Below, piece by piece: positions 47,561 through 56,281 of a DNA stretch of 64,000 nt. This DNA comes from Clostridiales bacterium. Its GTDB lineage: Bacteria; Bacillota; Clostridia; Christensenellales; Aristaeellaceae. How positions within the stretch are numbered: position 1 is the first letter of the stretch; every line of letters starts with the position of its first letter. The notes beneath the pieces are model-generated. The model saw only the letters and a list, made by a program, of their open reading frames with translations, did no database searches and had not been told where the DNA came from. The stretch is from the NCBI GenBank assembly GCA_015056175.1, contig SVGT01000001.1, forward strand, positions 77,806 to 141,805, given 5' to 3'. The position numbers and the translations under genes are program-made.

Positions 47561-50380
47561 TTACTCTGCCTCCGCCGGCAAAGCGGTCACCTTATTGCCA
47601 AGGGGCAAGGCAAGCGCTGCGTCCAGAGCGGATGTGCCATCGCTTGCTTCATACGGTGCACATGCGCCGCAAAGCATCAGTTCCACATCGCCCTGCGCAT
47701 TTTTGCCGCTTCCCGCAGCACGCACCAGATACATTTCTTCATCTGTACCGATCAGCAGCACACTTTCGCCGCGCATGGGCTGGGCAAGCGCACGGACAGG
47801 CAATTCGCTGTCTGCATCGCTCTGCTTCCAGGCGCCGCCGTCCCGCACCAGCACATTTTCTTCGGTAACCAGGCGGCCGTCTTCGTCAAAGCAGAATACA
47901 TTTCCGCATGCCGCTTCGATTTCTTCCCCAAGACCCGTTTCCAGATCGATCAGGGTGATCCTGCCGTCCTTTGCATAGGCCAGATACTGTCCGTCCGGAG
48001 ACAGATCAAAGCGCCTGGCGCCCGCGCTTTCCTGCACCAGCATGACAGCGCCTGTATTGAGATCCGCCACGCGGATCTCCTGCAGCGCCTGATTTTCATA
48101 TCCGCACAGCGCGATCAGGCCGCCTGGCGCGTGGCAGGAAAGGGCCACTCTGCCGCTGACGCCCTCCAGATGCAGGGCGCTGTACGTGCCGTCCGCGCTT
48201 TCAAACCAGAGGACATCGCCGGTCAGGCCGTACATGCCCGCGGCGTTTTTGCGCATCAGGCCGCCGCCGGTATAGACGTACTGCCTGGGCGCGCTCAGTT
48301 CATCCTTCAGGAGCAGCCCGCGGCTTTCCGCAGACAGCGCAGGAGCCTCTTTTCCCGCATCAAGCAGCGTGCCAAGCAGCGCGGCGGAACTTACATGCAG
48401 CCGGTCGTAGCCCAGCAGGTTGCGGATCCTGCGGCTGTCAAAGTCGCCCACGCCGTCCCCGTCCGTATCGGCAAGGTCGGGAGAAGTGCCGCTGCGCAGT
48501 TCGTACACGTCCACCAGGCCGTCCTCGTCCGTATCCTCAAAATCCAGCGTCACCGTCGCCGTGTGACCGGCCAGATCGTGGATCACATAGGTGTAATTGC
48601 CCGTTTCGCGGGCGGCATAGGCGTAGCTGACGTCGGCAGCGCCTTCATAATACCGGGCAGGGCCGGCAAAGATGCCGTAGATCCTGTCCACGCCGCTGAG
48701 CGCATCGTGACCGGAAAGCGTAAACTCGTTGCCCTCCTGCCAGGAGATCTCAATATCGGGCGGCGTCATATCCAGCTGATAGGACGCATGCACAGGGCCT
48801 GCCACAGCGCCCGCGTGCGCGCCGTCCGTTACCTTGAGGTAATAGTCCGCGCCCTGGGCGCTTTCGGGGAGCGCAAGGGCTGCGGCATACGCGCCGTCCC
48901 GCGCAAGGCTCACCTGATAGCCCGCAGGCGCCTGCAGCACAGCGCCGCCTGCATACCAGCCGTTTTCGCCCACGTCGCCGGATACTGTGGCGCGCGCATC
49001 CGTCTGATAGGCAGAGATCGTAAACACGCCGTTTTCCTTAATCAGCAGAAAGTTTTCTTCCAGATGGGCAGGCAAGCTCAGATCATCCGCGTAGATCACA
49101 TAGGTACCCACGCTTTCGCCCGCATCGCGCCGCGTTTGCCCCACAAGGCTTTCGCCCTCGGGAAGGCCGGGCACGGAATACTGCATCGTTTTATCCGCTT
49201 CGCCGGCATACTTGCCGTTTTCGCCCCAGGAGAGGTACAGCTGCGCCTTGTGCACATTCACCTGCACCTGCGTATCGCAGGCAGTGTAGTTGGCCTGATC
49301 ATCGGGGATAAAGGCGGCGTCATAATGCCCGCTCTGGGCTACGGAGGGCATCAGCGTGCCATCCTGCCAGGCAAAGGAGCCGGGCACTGCATTGCCCAGG
49401 GCGTCCTGCGCGCTTCCGCGAATCGCAGCATCCGCAAGCATTTGCCCGTACACCAATTCCACCGGCTCGCAGGATACCTCAAGCGCAGTCTTTTCCACCG
49501 TCAGCTGCACAGAAAAACGCACTTCTTTGCGGTGAGCATAATCAAGAGGCGTAAAGACCACTTCCGCGGTATGGGTACCCGCGCCGGGTACGTACGCCGC
49601 GTCGGTAAAGGCATATGTGCCCGGCACCTCCTGGCCCCACTCATCCTCCGCATAGCCGCCCGAAAGCGGCATCTTTTCCAGGCTTTCGCCATACAGAAGC
49701 GCCCTTGCAGGCACCGGATATTCCTTCAGGTAGGTGGGCATTTTTTCCACATTCACCTGCAGGGAAAAATACACCGTTTCATACAGATCCGCCGCATTGA
49801 TGATGGGCGTGAACACCACCGTGACCTCCTGCAGGCCAACGGAGGGTACCATGTCCCTCAGTTCCCATTCAAACACGCCCTGCACAGAGTCCAGCGCATT
49901 GTTGTGGGGGTTGTGGGCGGCACCGCCCTGCAGGGTGCTCTGGTGCAGGCTCTGGCCGTACACAAGAGAAGTTGCCACCGGCAATGCCGTGATCTCAGGC
50001 CGCGCCTTATTTACCTGCACGGAAACAGGCACTGCATCAAAGGAAACGCCAAGGTCCTCATGCGGGGTAAACACCGCATAGCACTGCTGCACGCCCGCAT
50101 AGGGCACCTGCTCCATATCCTGCCAGGAAAAGGAGCCCAGGCTTTGCGCCGCAACCGTTTCGCCATTCAGGGTAATCGTGCTGCCCTCGGCGCTCAAAAC
50201 GCTGTCCGCCAGGTGCATGCCGTACTGAATGGGCGACGCCGTCAGGGTAAAGGAATAGCCCTCCACCCGGGAGGACAAATCTCCGTTCCCGCTTTGCTGA
50301 TCCAATTCCTCTGCACGGGCAAAGGACACCAGCAGCGCCAGCAGCAGCACCGGCACAGCTGCCTTCCAAACTTTTTTCAT
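47561..50380 (-). CDS. Large secreted surface protein: MBG/YDG-like Ig repeats + DxDxDG calcium-binding repeats + C-terminal propeller-like domain
   Basis: 939 aa from ATG 50380 (GGAGG SD) with signal peptide MKKVWKAAVPVLLLALLVSFARA. Four modules end in (V/A)VFTP-type motifs, followed by an MBG-like GESVGTYVI..NGVFTI. Also DTDEDGLVD..DTDGDGVGD and a TolB-like PDGQYLAYAKDGRITLIDLETG. No LPXTG or C-terminal TM was seen. Confidence 0.75.
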   Translation of the reverse strand: MKKVWKAAVPVLLLALLVSFARAEELDQQSGNGDLSSRVEGYSFTLTASPIQYGMHLADSVLSAEGSTITLNGETVAAQSLGSFSWQDMEQVPYAGVQQCYAVFTPHEDLGVSFDAVPVSVQVNKARPEITALPVATSLVYGQSLHQSTLQGGAAHNPHNNALDSVQGVFEWELRDMVPSVGLQEVTVVFTPIINAADLYETVYFSLQVNVEKMPTYLKEYPVPARALLYGESLEKMPLSGGYAEDEWGQEVPGTYAFTDAAYVPGAGTHTAEVVFTPLDYAHRKEVRFSVQLTVEKTALEVSCEPVELVYGQMLADAAIRGSAQDALGNAVPGSFAWQDGTLMPSVAQSGHYDAAFIPDDQANYTACDTQVQVNVHKAQLYLSWGENGKYAGEADKTMQYSVPGLPEGESLVGQTRRDAGESVGTYVIYADDLSLPAHLEENFLLIKENGVFTISAYQTDARATVSGDVGENGWYAGGAVLQAPAGYQVSLARDGAYAAALALPESAQGADYYLKVTDGAHAGAVAGPVHASYQLDMTPPDIEISWQEGNEFTLSGHDALSGVDRIYGIFAGPARYYEGAADVSYAYAARETGNYTYVIHDLAGHTATVTLDFEDTDEDGLVDVYELRSGTSPDLADTDGDGVGDFDSRRIRNLLGYDRLHVSSAALLGTLLDAGKEAPALSAESRGLLLKDELSAPRQYVYTGGGLMRKNAAGMYGLTGDVLWFESADGTYSALHLEGVSGRVALSCHAPGGLIALCGYENQALQEIRVADLNTGAVMLVQESAGARRFDLSPDGQYLAYAKDGRITLIDLETGLGEEIEAACGNVFCFDEDGRLVTEENVLVRDGGAWKQSDADSELPVRALAQPMRGESVLLIGTDEEMYLVRAAGSGKNAQGDVELMLCGACAPYEASDGTSALDAALALPLGNKVTALPAEAE

Positions 50381-50493
50381 ACAGACCTCCGTTTGAGGCA
50401 AAAATTTTGTCGGCAGACAAAAAAACGCTTTCCGTCTGCCCGTTTCACGCTGTTCATCCTGTGTTTCGCAGAGAGCCATGCTCCCCCATATTG

Positions 50494-50522
50494 ATTATAC
50501 CACACCTGTCAAAAAACGTAAA
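50494..50522 (-). promoter_or_regulatory. Candidate promoter of the surface-protein gene (TTTACG-17-TGgTATAAT)
   Basis: Minus strand: extended -10 TGGTATAAT (TATAAT = 50499..50494), with TTTACG 17 nt upstream. It overlaps the preceding terminator U-tract. Confidence 0.4.
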
Positions 50523-50558
50523 CAAAAGCTGCGGACGCAGGCAAAACACGTCCGCAGC
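50511..50558 (-). terminator. Rho-independent terminator ending the five-gene unknown operon
   Basis: Perfect 10-bp stem GCTGCGGACG/CGTCCGCAGC (50528..50537 and 50549..50558), followed on the minus strand by TTTTGTTTACGTTTTTT. Confidence 0.8.
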
Positions 50559-50564
50559 AGGGCA

Positions 50565-51305
50565 TTATTCTTCTTGTACGGCAGGCACGTTTTCGCAAAG
50601 TGCCTCCAATTCATCCGGAGTAAAGGTAAAGGTGGGCACCTCAAGCGAGGGCTCCCTCATCAGGGAGGGCTGCAGGAAAAACACGGCGTTGCCATTTTCA
50701 TCGGCATAGTAATCCAGCGTGGGGCTGCAAAGCTGATAGAAGCTTTCCTCCGTGACGGAAGGATCGCAGATCCCATCCTTTTGCAATTGCACAAAACGCT
50801 CGTACAGCACGGGCAGCACGGCGCGGCCCAGCTGGTCGGAGCTCTCCCCCACCATCACCACGCCGCGCAGCGTCAGCGTTTCGCCCAGATACTCGCCGCC
50901 CACGTCAAACACTTCGCTCTCAATGGTGTAAAAGCTGCCCCGGTCATCCTGCTCCTCCCGGGTAATGAGCAGCGAAAAGAAGCGGTCGTTGTTGCAGGTG
51001 ATCACATAATCCTGACAGATGGTCACCAGGCCGTACTGGGTCATATCTTCGCTGGATGCAAACATGGGCAGCACCAGTTCGCGCATTTCATCCAGCGCCA
51101 TCTGCAGCGTTTCGTTGATCATCATGGCGCCAAGATCCGTCATACCCGTTTCCAGCACGGGCACACGGTACCTGTAGCAGTAGGTCCAGTTTTCCGCATC
51201 CGGATAGTACTCCGTGTTTTCCACAGGCGTAACGGTTCTTTCCGCACAGGCAACGGGCACAAAGAGCACAAGCGCGCACAAAAGCGCCAGCATTTTCTTA
51301 ACCAT
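50565..51305 (-). CDS. Secreted protein, possibly DUF3298/DUF4163 (RsiV C-terminal-like) fold
   Basis: 246 aa with signal peptide MVKKMLALLCALVLFVPVACA. The overall pattern (..YRYRVPVL..INETLQ..; ..FYTIESEVFD..) is reminiscent of the DUF4163/DUF3298 pair. This is a low-certainty, memory-based call. Confidence 0.45.
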   Translation of the reverse strand: MVKKMLALLCALVLFVPVACAERTVTPVENTEYYPDAENWTYCYRYRVPVLETGMTDLGAMMINETLQMALDEMRELVLPMFASSEDMTQYGLVTICQDYVITCNNDRFFSLLITREEQDDRGSFYTIESEVFDVGGEYLGETLTLRGVVMVGESSDQLGRAVLPVLYERFVQLQKDGICDPSVTEESFYQLCSPTLDYYADENGNAVFFLQPSLMREPSLEVPTFTFTPDELEALCENVPAVQEE

Positions 51306-52302
51306 TGTTCAGCCCCCATACCGCAAGAGAGTTGCGGATCAGATCCGCATACAGGGTGTATTCCATCTGCCTTTCGGCGGGGAATTCCATATACAGGGTA
51401 TACACATAGGGAAGCGATTCTTCCGCCACGCACACGGCGTATGCGCCATTTTTCACCGCAGTAAAGGTGAACAAATCCTCCTGCCGGGTGAGGAGCATAT
51501 CGGGATGGGCCTTAACAAAGGCGTCCGCCGCGTCCTCATAGCTCATGCCGGGCGTGCAGCTGATATATACCGTACTTTCCCCGTCTGCGGACTGGTACAC
51601 CGTGCGGTCGATGGTATCGTCCGCAAGACCCAGTATGGCAGGGAGACGGACGGAATACTCCATCTTTACGTTTTCCACCAGCTGCCAGTCGGCAGCCAGA
51701 CCGTCCATGTAGGGCATGCCGACAGAGAAGGAGGAAACGGCATAGCCATAGGGCGACGCTTCATCCATTTTCAGCACACATTCGGCGCCCGCCCACCAGG
51801 TCAGATCCCCTTCCGGCACCCACTCGGCCGGGGTGGAAAAATACCCCCACAGGGTGTAGAGATCCATGGTAAGCGTCATGGTGCCGTCGTCCGATGCATG
51901 GCTTTCGTGCACATAGGCGCCGGCCAGAGGCATTTCGTCAAACACGGCAAGGTCCAGATCCTTGCCGCCTGCATAGGAGGCGTCGCACGTGCCGTCTGCA
52001 AAAAACATGCGGTACATCTGCGATGCGGTTTCCCCGTCCAGATGCATGCTGCCCTCATCGCCCTCCACATAGCCAAAGAGCGCAAACAGCGTATCCTGGA
52101 AAGCGACGGGCACCTGCTCGGCTGCGTTCAGTTCTGTCACATCCTCGATCATGGCTGCGCTGAAGAGCAGATTGAGCATGTGCTGCAAGGGCTCGCTGAC
52201 CATGATCTCCATATCCCCCATATCCCGCGTAGGCGCGGCGTGGCACAGCACGGGCGAAAGCAGCATCAGCAGCGAAAGCATGAAAGCCGTCCATTTTTTC
52301 AT
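51298..52302 (-). CDS. Secreted protein of unknown function
   Basis: 334 aa with signal peptide MKKWTAFMLSLLMLLSPVLCHA. Its 3' end overlaps the next gene's start by 8 nt. Confidence 0.6.
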   Translation of the reverse strand: MKKWTAFMLSLLMLLSPVLCHAAPTRDMGDMEIMVSEPLQHMLNLLFSAAMIEDVTELNAAEQVPVAFQDTLFALFGYVEGDEGSMHLDGETASQMYRMFFADGTCDASYAGGKDLDLAVFDEMPLAGAYVHESHASDDGTMTLTMDLYTLWGYFSTPAEWVPEGDLTWWAGAECVLKMDEASPYGYAVSSFSVGMPYMDGLAADWQLVENVKMEYSVRLPAILGLADDTIDRTVYQSADGESTVYISCTPGMSYEDAADAFVKAHPDMLLTRQEDLFTFTAVKNGAYAVCVAEESLPYVYTLYMEFPAERQMEYTLYADLIRNSLAVWGLNNG

Positions 52303-52318
52303 TGGTTGTTCCTCCGGA

Positions 52319-52870
52319 TCAGTTCAGTATTTGCATCCCCTGCAGCAGCCCGAGGAAGGATGCTTCGTCCGTATCCTCCACGACCACGGCATAGGCGGTG
52401 TTATCCAGCGTAAAATATGCGGCAAAGGTTTCTCCGTCCCTGGCGATGGCACAGGGGATATCCTGCACCCTGACGTCCCGCCTGATCAAAAGCGACGCTT
52501 GCGCAAGGCGGACAAGCGGCGCGCTGCTGCCGGGCGTCACGGCGGATACCCGCGCGCCGTTATCATAGCTTACGTCCATCCGGCGTACAGGATTGCCTGC
52601 ATACTGCACATTGCGGGTCTGCCCCTTCCCCTGCACCTGCTCCCACACAGGAACGGGTGCGCCGAAGGTATCCTCCAGCAGCACAAGATCGGTATAATCC
52701 CCGGCCTGCAGGCGGGAAACGGGCGTCTTTTGGGCAGGGACGCTGCCAACGTCCTGCCTGAGCAGCACGCAGCCAAAGTATACCAGCGCGCACAGCAGCA
52801 GGCACAAAAGGCCAAAGCCTATTTTGCCGCCGATACCGAGCCCTTTCTTCCGGCCGTTTGCTTCCGTCAA
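52319..52870 (-). CDS. Single-pass membrane-anchored protein of unknown function
   Basis: 183 aa. Basic N-terminus, TM IGFGLLCLLLCALVYFGCVLL, and an extracytoplasmic ~140-aa domain. Confidence 0.6.
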   Translation of the reverse strand: MTEANGRKKGLGIGGKIGFGLLCLLLCALVYFGCVLLRQDVGSVPAQKTPVSRLQAGDYTDLVLLEDTFGAPVPVWEQVQGKGQTRNVQYAGNPVRRMDVSYDNGARVSAVTPGSSAPLVRLAQASLLIRRDVRVQDIPCAIARDGETFAAYFTLDNTAYAVVVEDTDEASFLGLLQGMQILN

Positions 52871-53220
52871 CGTTTTTCCCTCCTACGGTCTTCCCTGCGT
52901 TTTTTCACTTCATTGCCGGCCACCGTGGCAATAAGCGATACCAGCATCAGCCCCAGCGCCATTTTCCCATGCTCGCCGTGCATGGAAAACAGCAGCGCCG
53001 CGCCGATGGGAAAGAAGCCTGCCATGGGGTGCAAGCCTCTCGTGCCGCCAAAGTAGGGCAGCAAAACGGCCAGCACGGGCGCGAGCACATACATGCAAAA
53101 CACATACAGCGCCATCGCGCCCCTGACCCATCCGTCATAGAGGAAGGGCGCGCCCCACAGGGCAAAAGCCGTCACAATCAAAATCAAAAACCAGATAAGG
53201 GCAGGCGAACACTTTTTCAT
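52867..53220 (-). CDS. Small polytopic membrane protein of unknown function
   Basis: 117 aa, ~4 TM, with a highly basic C-terminal tail KKRREDRRREKR. 4-nt overlap with the downstream gene. Confidence 0.55.
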   Translation of the reverse strand: MKKCSPALIWFLILIVTAFALWGAPFLYDGWVRGAMALYVFCMYVLAPVLAVLLPYFGGTRGLHPMAGFFPIGAALLFSMHGEHGKMALGLMLVSLIATVAGNEVKKRREDRRREKR

Positions 53221-53224
53221 GCCG

Positions 53225-53854
53225 TCACCTGATCCTTTCCCGGATTTCGTTTGGCAATCGGGCGTCCAGATACACGCTGCTGCCCAGGAAGGACAGGCAC
53301 TCGCGGTAAAAAACGCCGGTAAGGCAGGTGCCTTCTTCCTCGGTAAGGAAGGGCGAAAGCATCATGTTCAAAATCATGTCCGCGCAGGGCGCGCTCAGCC
53401 CCTTGAGCCTTTTTCCTGCCGTCTGGAAGCCCAGCCAGCCGCCCACATGCTCCCGCTGCCCTTCGATAAAGATGTGCAGGTATTCCCGGCACATTTCGGC
53501 AAGATAATCCCGCAAAAACGCATCCTTGTCCTGCGCCAGCAGCAGACAGCGCTGCAGCCTTTCATGATGGAAAATTTCCTCCGTCATACGCTTGCTTTCC
53601 GCTTCCCCGTGCATTTCCGGATGCTCAAACACATGCAGAAGATAGCACTTGATCACGGATAAATCAATGCGCCCGGGATCGCGCCGGGCAAGATTGCCCA
53701 GCATCAAAAGCGCACGCTGCACAGGAAGGGAATCTCCGTCCAGTTCCTCTGCCAAGAGGAGGCACCTTTCCCGCAATACCGGATCCGCCTCCGTGCGGGC
53801 CATCTGCAAAAGCGCCTGCACATCCCGGGGGAGCTGTGCCGTCTTTTTGCCCAT
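53225..53854 (-). CDS. Cytoplasmic helical protein of unknown function (first gene of the operon)
   Basis: 209 aa with no TM or signal peptide. GGAGG SD. Stop lies 4 nt before the next start. Confidence 0.55.
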   Translation of the reverse strand: MGKKTAQLPRDVQALLQMARTEADPVLRERCLLLAEELDGDSLPVQRALLMLGNLARRDPGRIDLSVIKCYLLHVFEHPEMHGEAESKRMTEEIFHHERLQRCLLLAQDKDAFLRDYLAEMCREYLHIFIEGQREHVGGWLGFQTAGKRLKGLSAPCADMILNMMLSPFLTEEEGTCLTGVFYRECLSFLGSSVYLDARLPNEIRERIR

Positions 53855-53886
53855 CAGGCCGCCTCCTTTCTTCTGTGATCCCTGTG

Positions 53887-53916
53887 ATTATAACACATTT
53901 GTTTCATCTTTGTTAA
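53887..53916 (-). promoter_or_regulatory. Promoter of the five-gene unknown operon (TTAACA-18-TGtTATAAT)
   Basis: Minus strand: TTAACA (53916..53911), 18-nt spacer, extended -10 TGTTATAAT (TATAAT = 53892..53887). Confidence 0.6.
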
Positions 53917-53957
53917 CACCCGCGGCAACATTTACAGAAATTTCATGGCCGCTGCAT

Positions 53958-53983
53958 ATAAAAAACGCCGCAAAGCGGCGTTT
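53958..53983 (-). terminator. Rho-independent terminator after the ATPase gene
   Basis: Stem ACGCCGC/GCGGCGT with a 3-nt loop immediately after the stop, followed on the minus strand by TTTTTTATAT. Confidence 0.75.
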
Positions 53984-54781
53984 TCATGCATCCTCAGGGG
54001 CAAGCATGCGCTTGTAGCGCTCCATGAACAGTTTGAGAAACTGCACGTCCGGCAGCTCCTCATAGCGCGTTTCCTCAAACCCGCTTTCGGACAGGCGGTA
54101 GATCTGCGCATCCGGCAGCGCCGTCAGCACCGGGGAATGGGTGGCCAGAATAAACTGGCAGCTGTTTTCCAGCACCGCCTGCTGGATGAGGAGCGCCAGC
54201 ACATACTGATTTTCGTAGCTCAGCGCACCTTCCGGTTCATCCAGCAGGTACATGCCGCCCGGGCGCAGGCGGGAACGGAAAAATTCCAGAAACCCTTCCC
54301 CATGGCTCTGCGTAGCCAGATCACGGCTGTAGAGCGTGTCCAGATCGCCAAGCGTGCGGAACCAGGGCATCTTGGCATAGCTTTTGTCGCTCAGCGTATC
54401 ATCCGCATCGATCCTGGCGATCTCCCGCCTGGCCTCCTCCCGGGTACGCTCCACCCAGGCGATGTAGGCGATGAACTCCTCCGCAGAAAAATAGAAGCAG
54501 CTCCGGGGCCGCATACGGCGGGACAACACAAACCGGTCCTGGGCATGCTCCATGGCATTTTTGCGTGGCAGCACGCCCTCGCCGATGCGTACGGCGTTCA
54601 TTTTCTGGGCAAGCAATTCCATCAGCGTGCTTTTGCCGCTGCCGTTGCTGCCGCAGATCAGGGTGATCTCCCTGTCAAAGCGCAACTCCCCCAGCGCCTG
54701 CACGGCGGGTACATGAAAGGGGTAGCCCGCAGGGGCTGCCCCTTCCACGGCCGCGCTTGAAAGACGGCTGTAATAGATCAT
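53984..54781 (-). CDS. Stand-alone ABC/SMC-like AAA ATPase (COG3910-like predicted ATPase)
   Basis: 265 aa from ATG 54781. Walker A GSNGSGKST, signature-like SHGEGF, Walker B MYLLDEPEGAL, H-loop ATHSP. No transmembrane partner. Confidence 0.75.
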   Translation of the reverse strand: MIYYSRLSSAAVEGAAPAGYPFHVPAVQALGELRFDREITLICGSNGSGKSTLMELLAQKMNAVRIGEGVLPRKNAMEHAQDRFVLSRRMRPRSCFYFSAEEFIAYIAWVERTREEARREIARIDADDTLSDKSYAKMPWFRTLGDLDTLYSRDLATQSHGEGFLEFFRSRLRPGGMYLLDEPEGALSYENQYVLALLIQQAVLENSCQFILATHSPVLTALPDAQIYRLSESGFEETRYEELPDVQFLKLFMERYKRMLAPEDA

Positions 54782-54782
54782 A

Positions 54783-55877
54783 TCAGTTCTCTTCGTTAAA
54801 GTAGTAGGGCTTGCCGGTCTTGGCGGAGGTATAGATGGCCTCCAGGATGCGGGTGACGCAGGCGGCCTGCTCGGGCAGCACAGTGAGTTCGCCCTTGCCA
54901 AGCACAGCGTTGCAGAACACCATGTTTTCGATCTCGTGGGGTTCGCCGCTGCCCGCGCCCTCATAGAAGGCCGCGCCGCTGGCGCCGGTCAGATCGGGCT
55001 TCAACACATACTGGCGGTTGTTCTTGATGCCGTTGATGGCCAGGCCGTCATGCATATCGGCGCCGGCCAGGGTGCCCGACAGGGTGGTGGTAGCTTCTTC
55101 CACGTCCAGCGTGTTCAGCGCCCAGGAGGCGTTGAGCTGCACGGTGGCGCCGTTTTCCATCACCACAAAACCAAAGGCGCTGTCTTCCACGGTGAACTTT
55201 TCGGGATCCCAGCTGCCCCAGGCGTTGCCCTGGTTGGTCTGCTCGTTCAGCTTATGGTACACCGTGCCAACGGCATAGAGAGGCTTGTAGTTGTTCATCA
55301 TCCACAACGTCAAATCCAGCGCATGGGTGCCGATGTCGATGAGGGGGCCGCCGCCCTGTTCGTATTCGTTGAGGAACACGCCCCAGGTGGGCACGGCGCG
55401 GCGGCGGATGGCGTTGGCGCGGCCCAGATAGATATCGCCCAGTTCGCCGTCATCGCACATCTGCTTGAGGTACTGGCTGTTGACGCGGTAGCGGCTCTGG
55501 TAACCGATGGTCAAAAGCTTGTTGTTCTTCTTGGCCGCATCCAGCATCTTGCAGGCTTCGGCATAATTGATGGCCATGGGCTTTTCGCACATGACGTGGG
55601 CGCCGGCGTTGAGCGCGGCCACGGAAATTTCACTGTGGCTGCGGTTGGGGGTGCACACAAACACGCAGTCCAGGTCCATTTTTAACATTTCCTTATAGTC
55701 TTCAAATACCTTGCAGTCGGCGGTGCCGTATTCCTTGGCGGCCTTTTCCGCACGCTCGCGGATAATATCGCACACAGCCACCACTTCGCACATACCGTTG
55801 ACCTTGATGGCGGGGAGATGCTTGGCGTTGGCAATGCCGCCGCAGCCCACGACGCCGACCTTCAAAAGTTCAGACAT
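54783..55877 (-). CDS. Gfo/Idh/MocA-family NAD(P)-dependent oxidoreductase
   Basis: 364 aa with Rossmann N-terminus KVGVVGCGGIANAKHLPA and the EKP motif (MCEKPMA). Confidence 0.88.
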   Translation of the reverse strand: MSELLKVGVVGCGGIANAKHLPAIKVNGMCEVVAVCDIIRERAEKAAKEYGTADCKVFEDYKEMLKMDLDCVFVCTPNRSHSEISVAALNAGAHVMCEKPMAINYAEACKMLDAAKKNNKLLTIGYQSRYRVNSQYLKQMCDDGELGDIYLGRANAIRRRAVPTWGVFLNEYEQGGGPLIDIGTHALDLTLWMMNNYKPLYAVGTVYHKLNEQTNQGNAWGSWDPEKFTVEDSAFGFVVMENGATVQLNASWALNTLDVEEATTTLSGTLAGADMHDGLAINGIKNNRQYVLKPDLTGASGAAFYEGAGSGEPHEIENMVFCNAVLGKGELTVLPEQAACVTRILEAIYTSAKTGKPYYFNEEN

Positions 55878-55922
55878 GGAATCAGATCCTCCTTGCTTCT
55901 ATCAGCTTATTCCGCTACATAC

Positions 55923-55951
55923 ATTATAGCGAAAACCCGCTTTCCAGGCAA
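55923..55951 (-). promoter_or_regulatory. Promoter of the oxidoreductase-ATPase pair (TTGCCT-17-TATAAT)
   Basis: Minus strand: TTGCCT (55951..55946), 17-nt spacer, TATAAT (55928..55923). Confidence 0.6.
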
Positions 55952-55995
55952 GCCGTTTTCAGTTGCCGCCGCTCCGTTTTTTTACAAAGCGGCAA

Positions 55996-56022
55996 CGAAA
56001 AAAGGAGCCACATGGCTCCTTT
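55996..56022 (-). terminator. Rho-independent terminator after rpsU
   Basis: Stem GGAGCC/GGCTCC extended by A-U pairs, 4-nt loop, T6 tract on the minus strand. Confidence 0.75.
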
Positions 56023-56036
56023 TCGGATAGGCGTTA

Positions 56037-56210
56037 TCAATACTTACGCTTACGCGCAGCTTCAGCCTTCTTCTTGCGCTTGACGCTGGGCTTTTCGTAA
56101 TGCTCGCGCTTACGCACTTCAGCCACGATGCCCGCACGCGCACACTGGCGCTTAAAGCGTTTCAGAGCGCTTTCCAGGGATTCGTTTTCCTTCACACGAA
56201 TTTCAGACAC
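56037..56210 (-). CDS. rpsU: 30S ribosomal protein S21
   Basis: Not in the ORF track (57 aa). Manual translation from GTG 56210: (M)[65 protein letters not shown] 7 nt upstream. Confidence 0.93.
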   Translation of the reverse strand: MSEIRVKENESLESALKRFKRQCARAGIVAEVRKREHYEKPSVKRKKKAEAARKRKY

Positions 56211-56281
56211 TTGTTTTCCCTCCCTTCGCCATTTCGCCTGCGACTATCGCCGTTTTCACAGCGGATGGCGACCGTGCACCC

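Noticed and set aside
47357-50494. 1045-aa plus-strand ORF.
   Set aside because: It is antisense to the signal-peptide-bearing MBG-repeat surface protein. The translation is Arg/Ala/His-rich without motifs.
50488-50510. Apparent perfect TTGACA and TATAAT hexamers upstream of the surface-protein gene.
   Set aside because: The two hexamers are only 7 nt apart, so they cannot act as a -35/-10 pair. The TATAAT was retained as an extended -10 paired with a weaker TTTACG at the correct 17-nt spacing.
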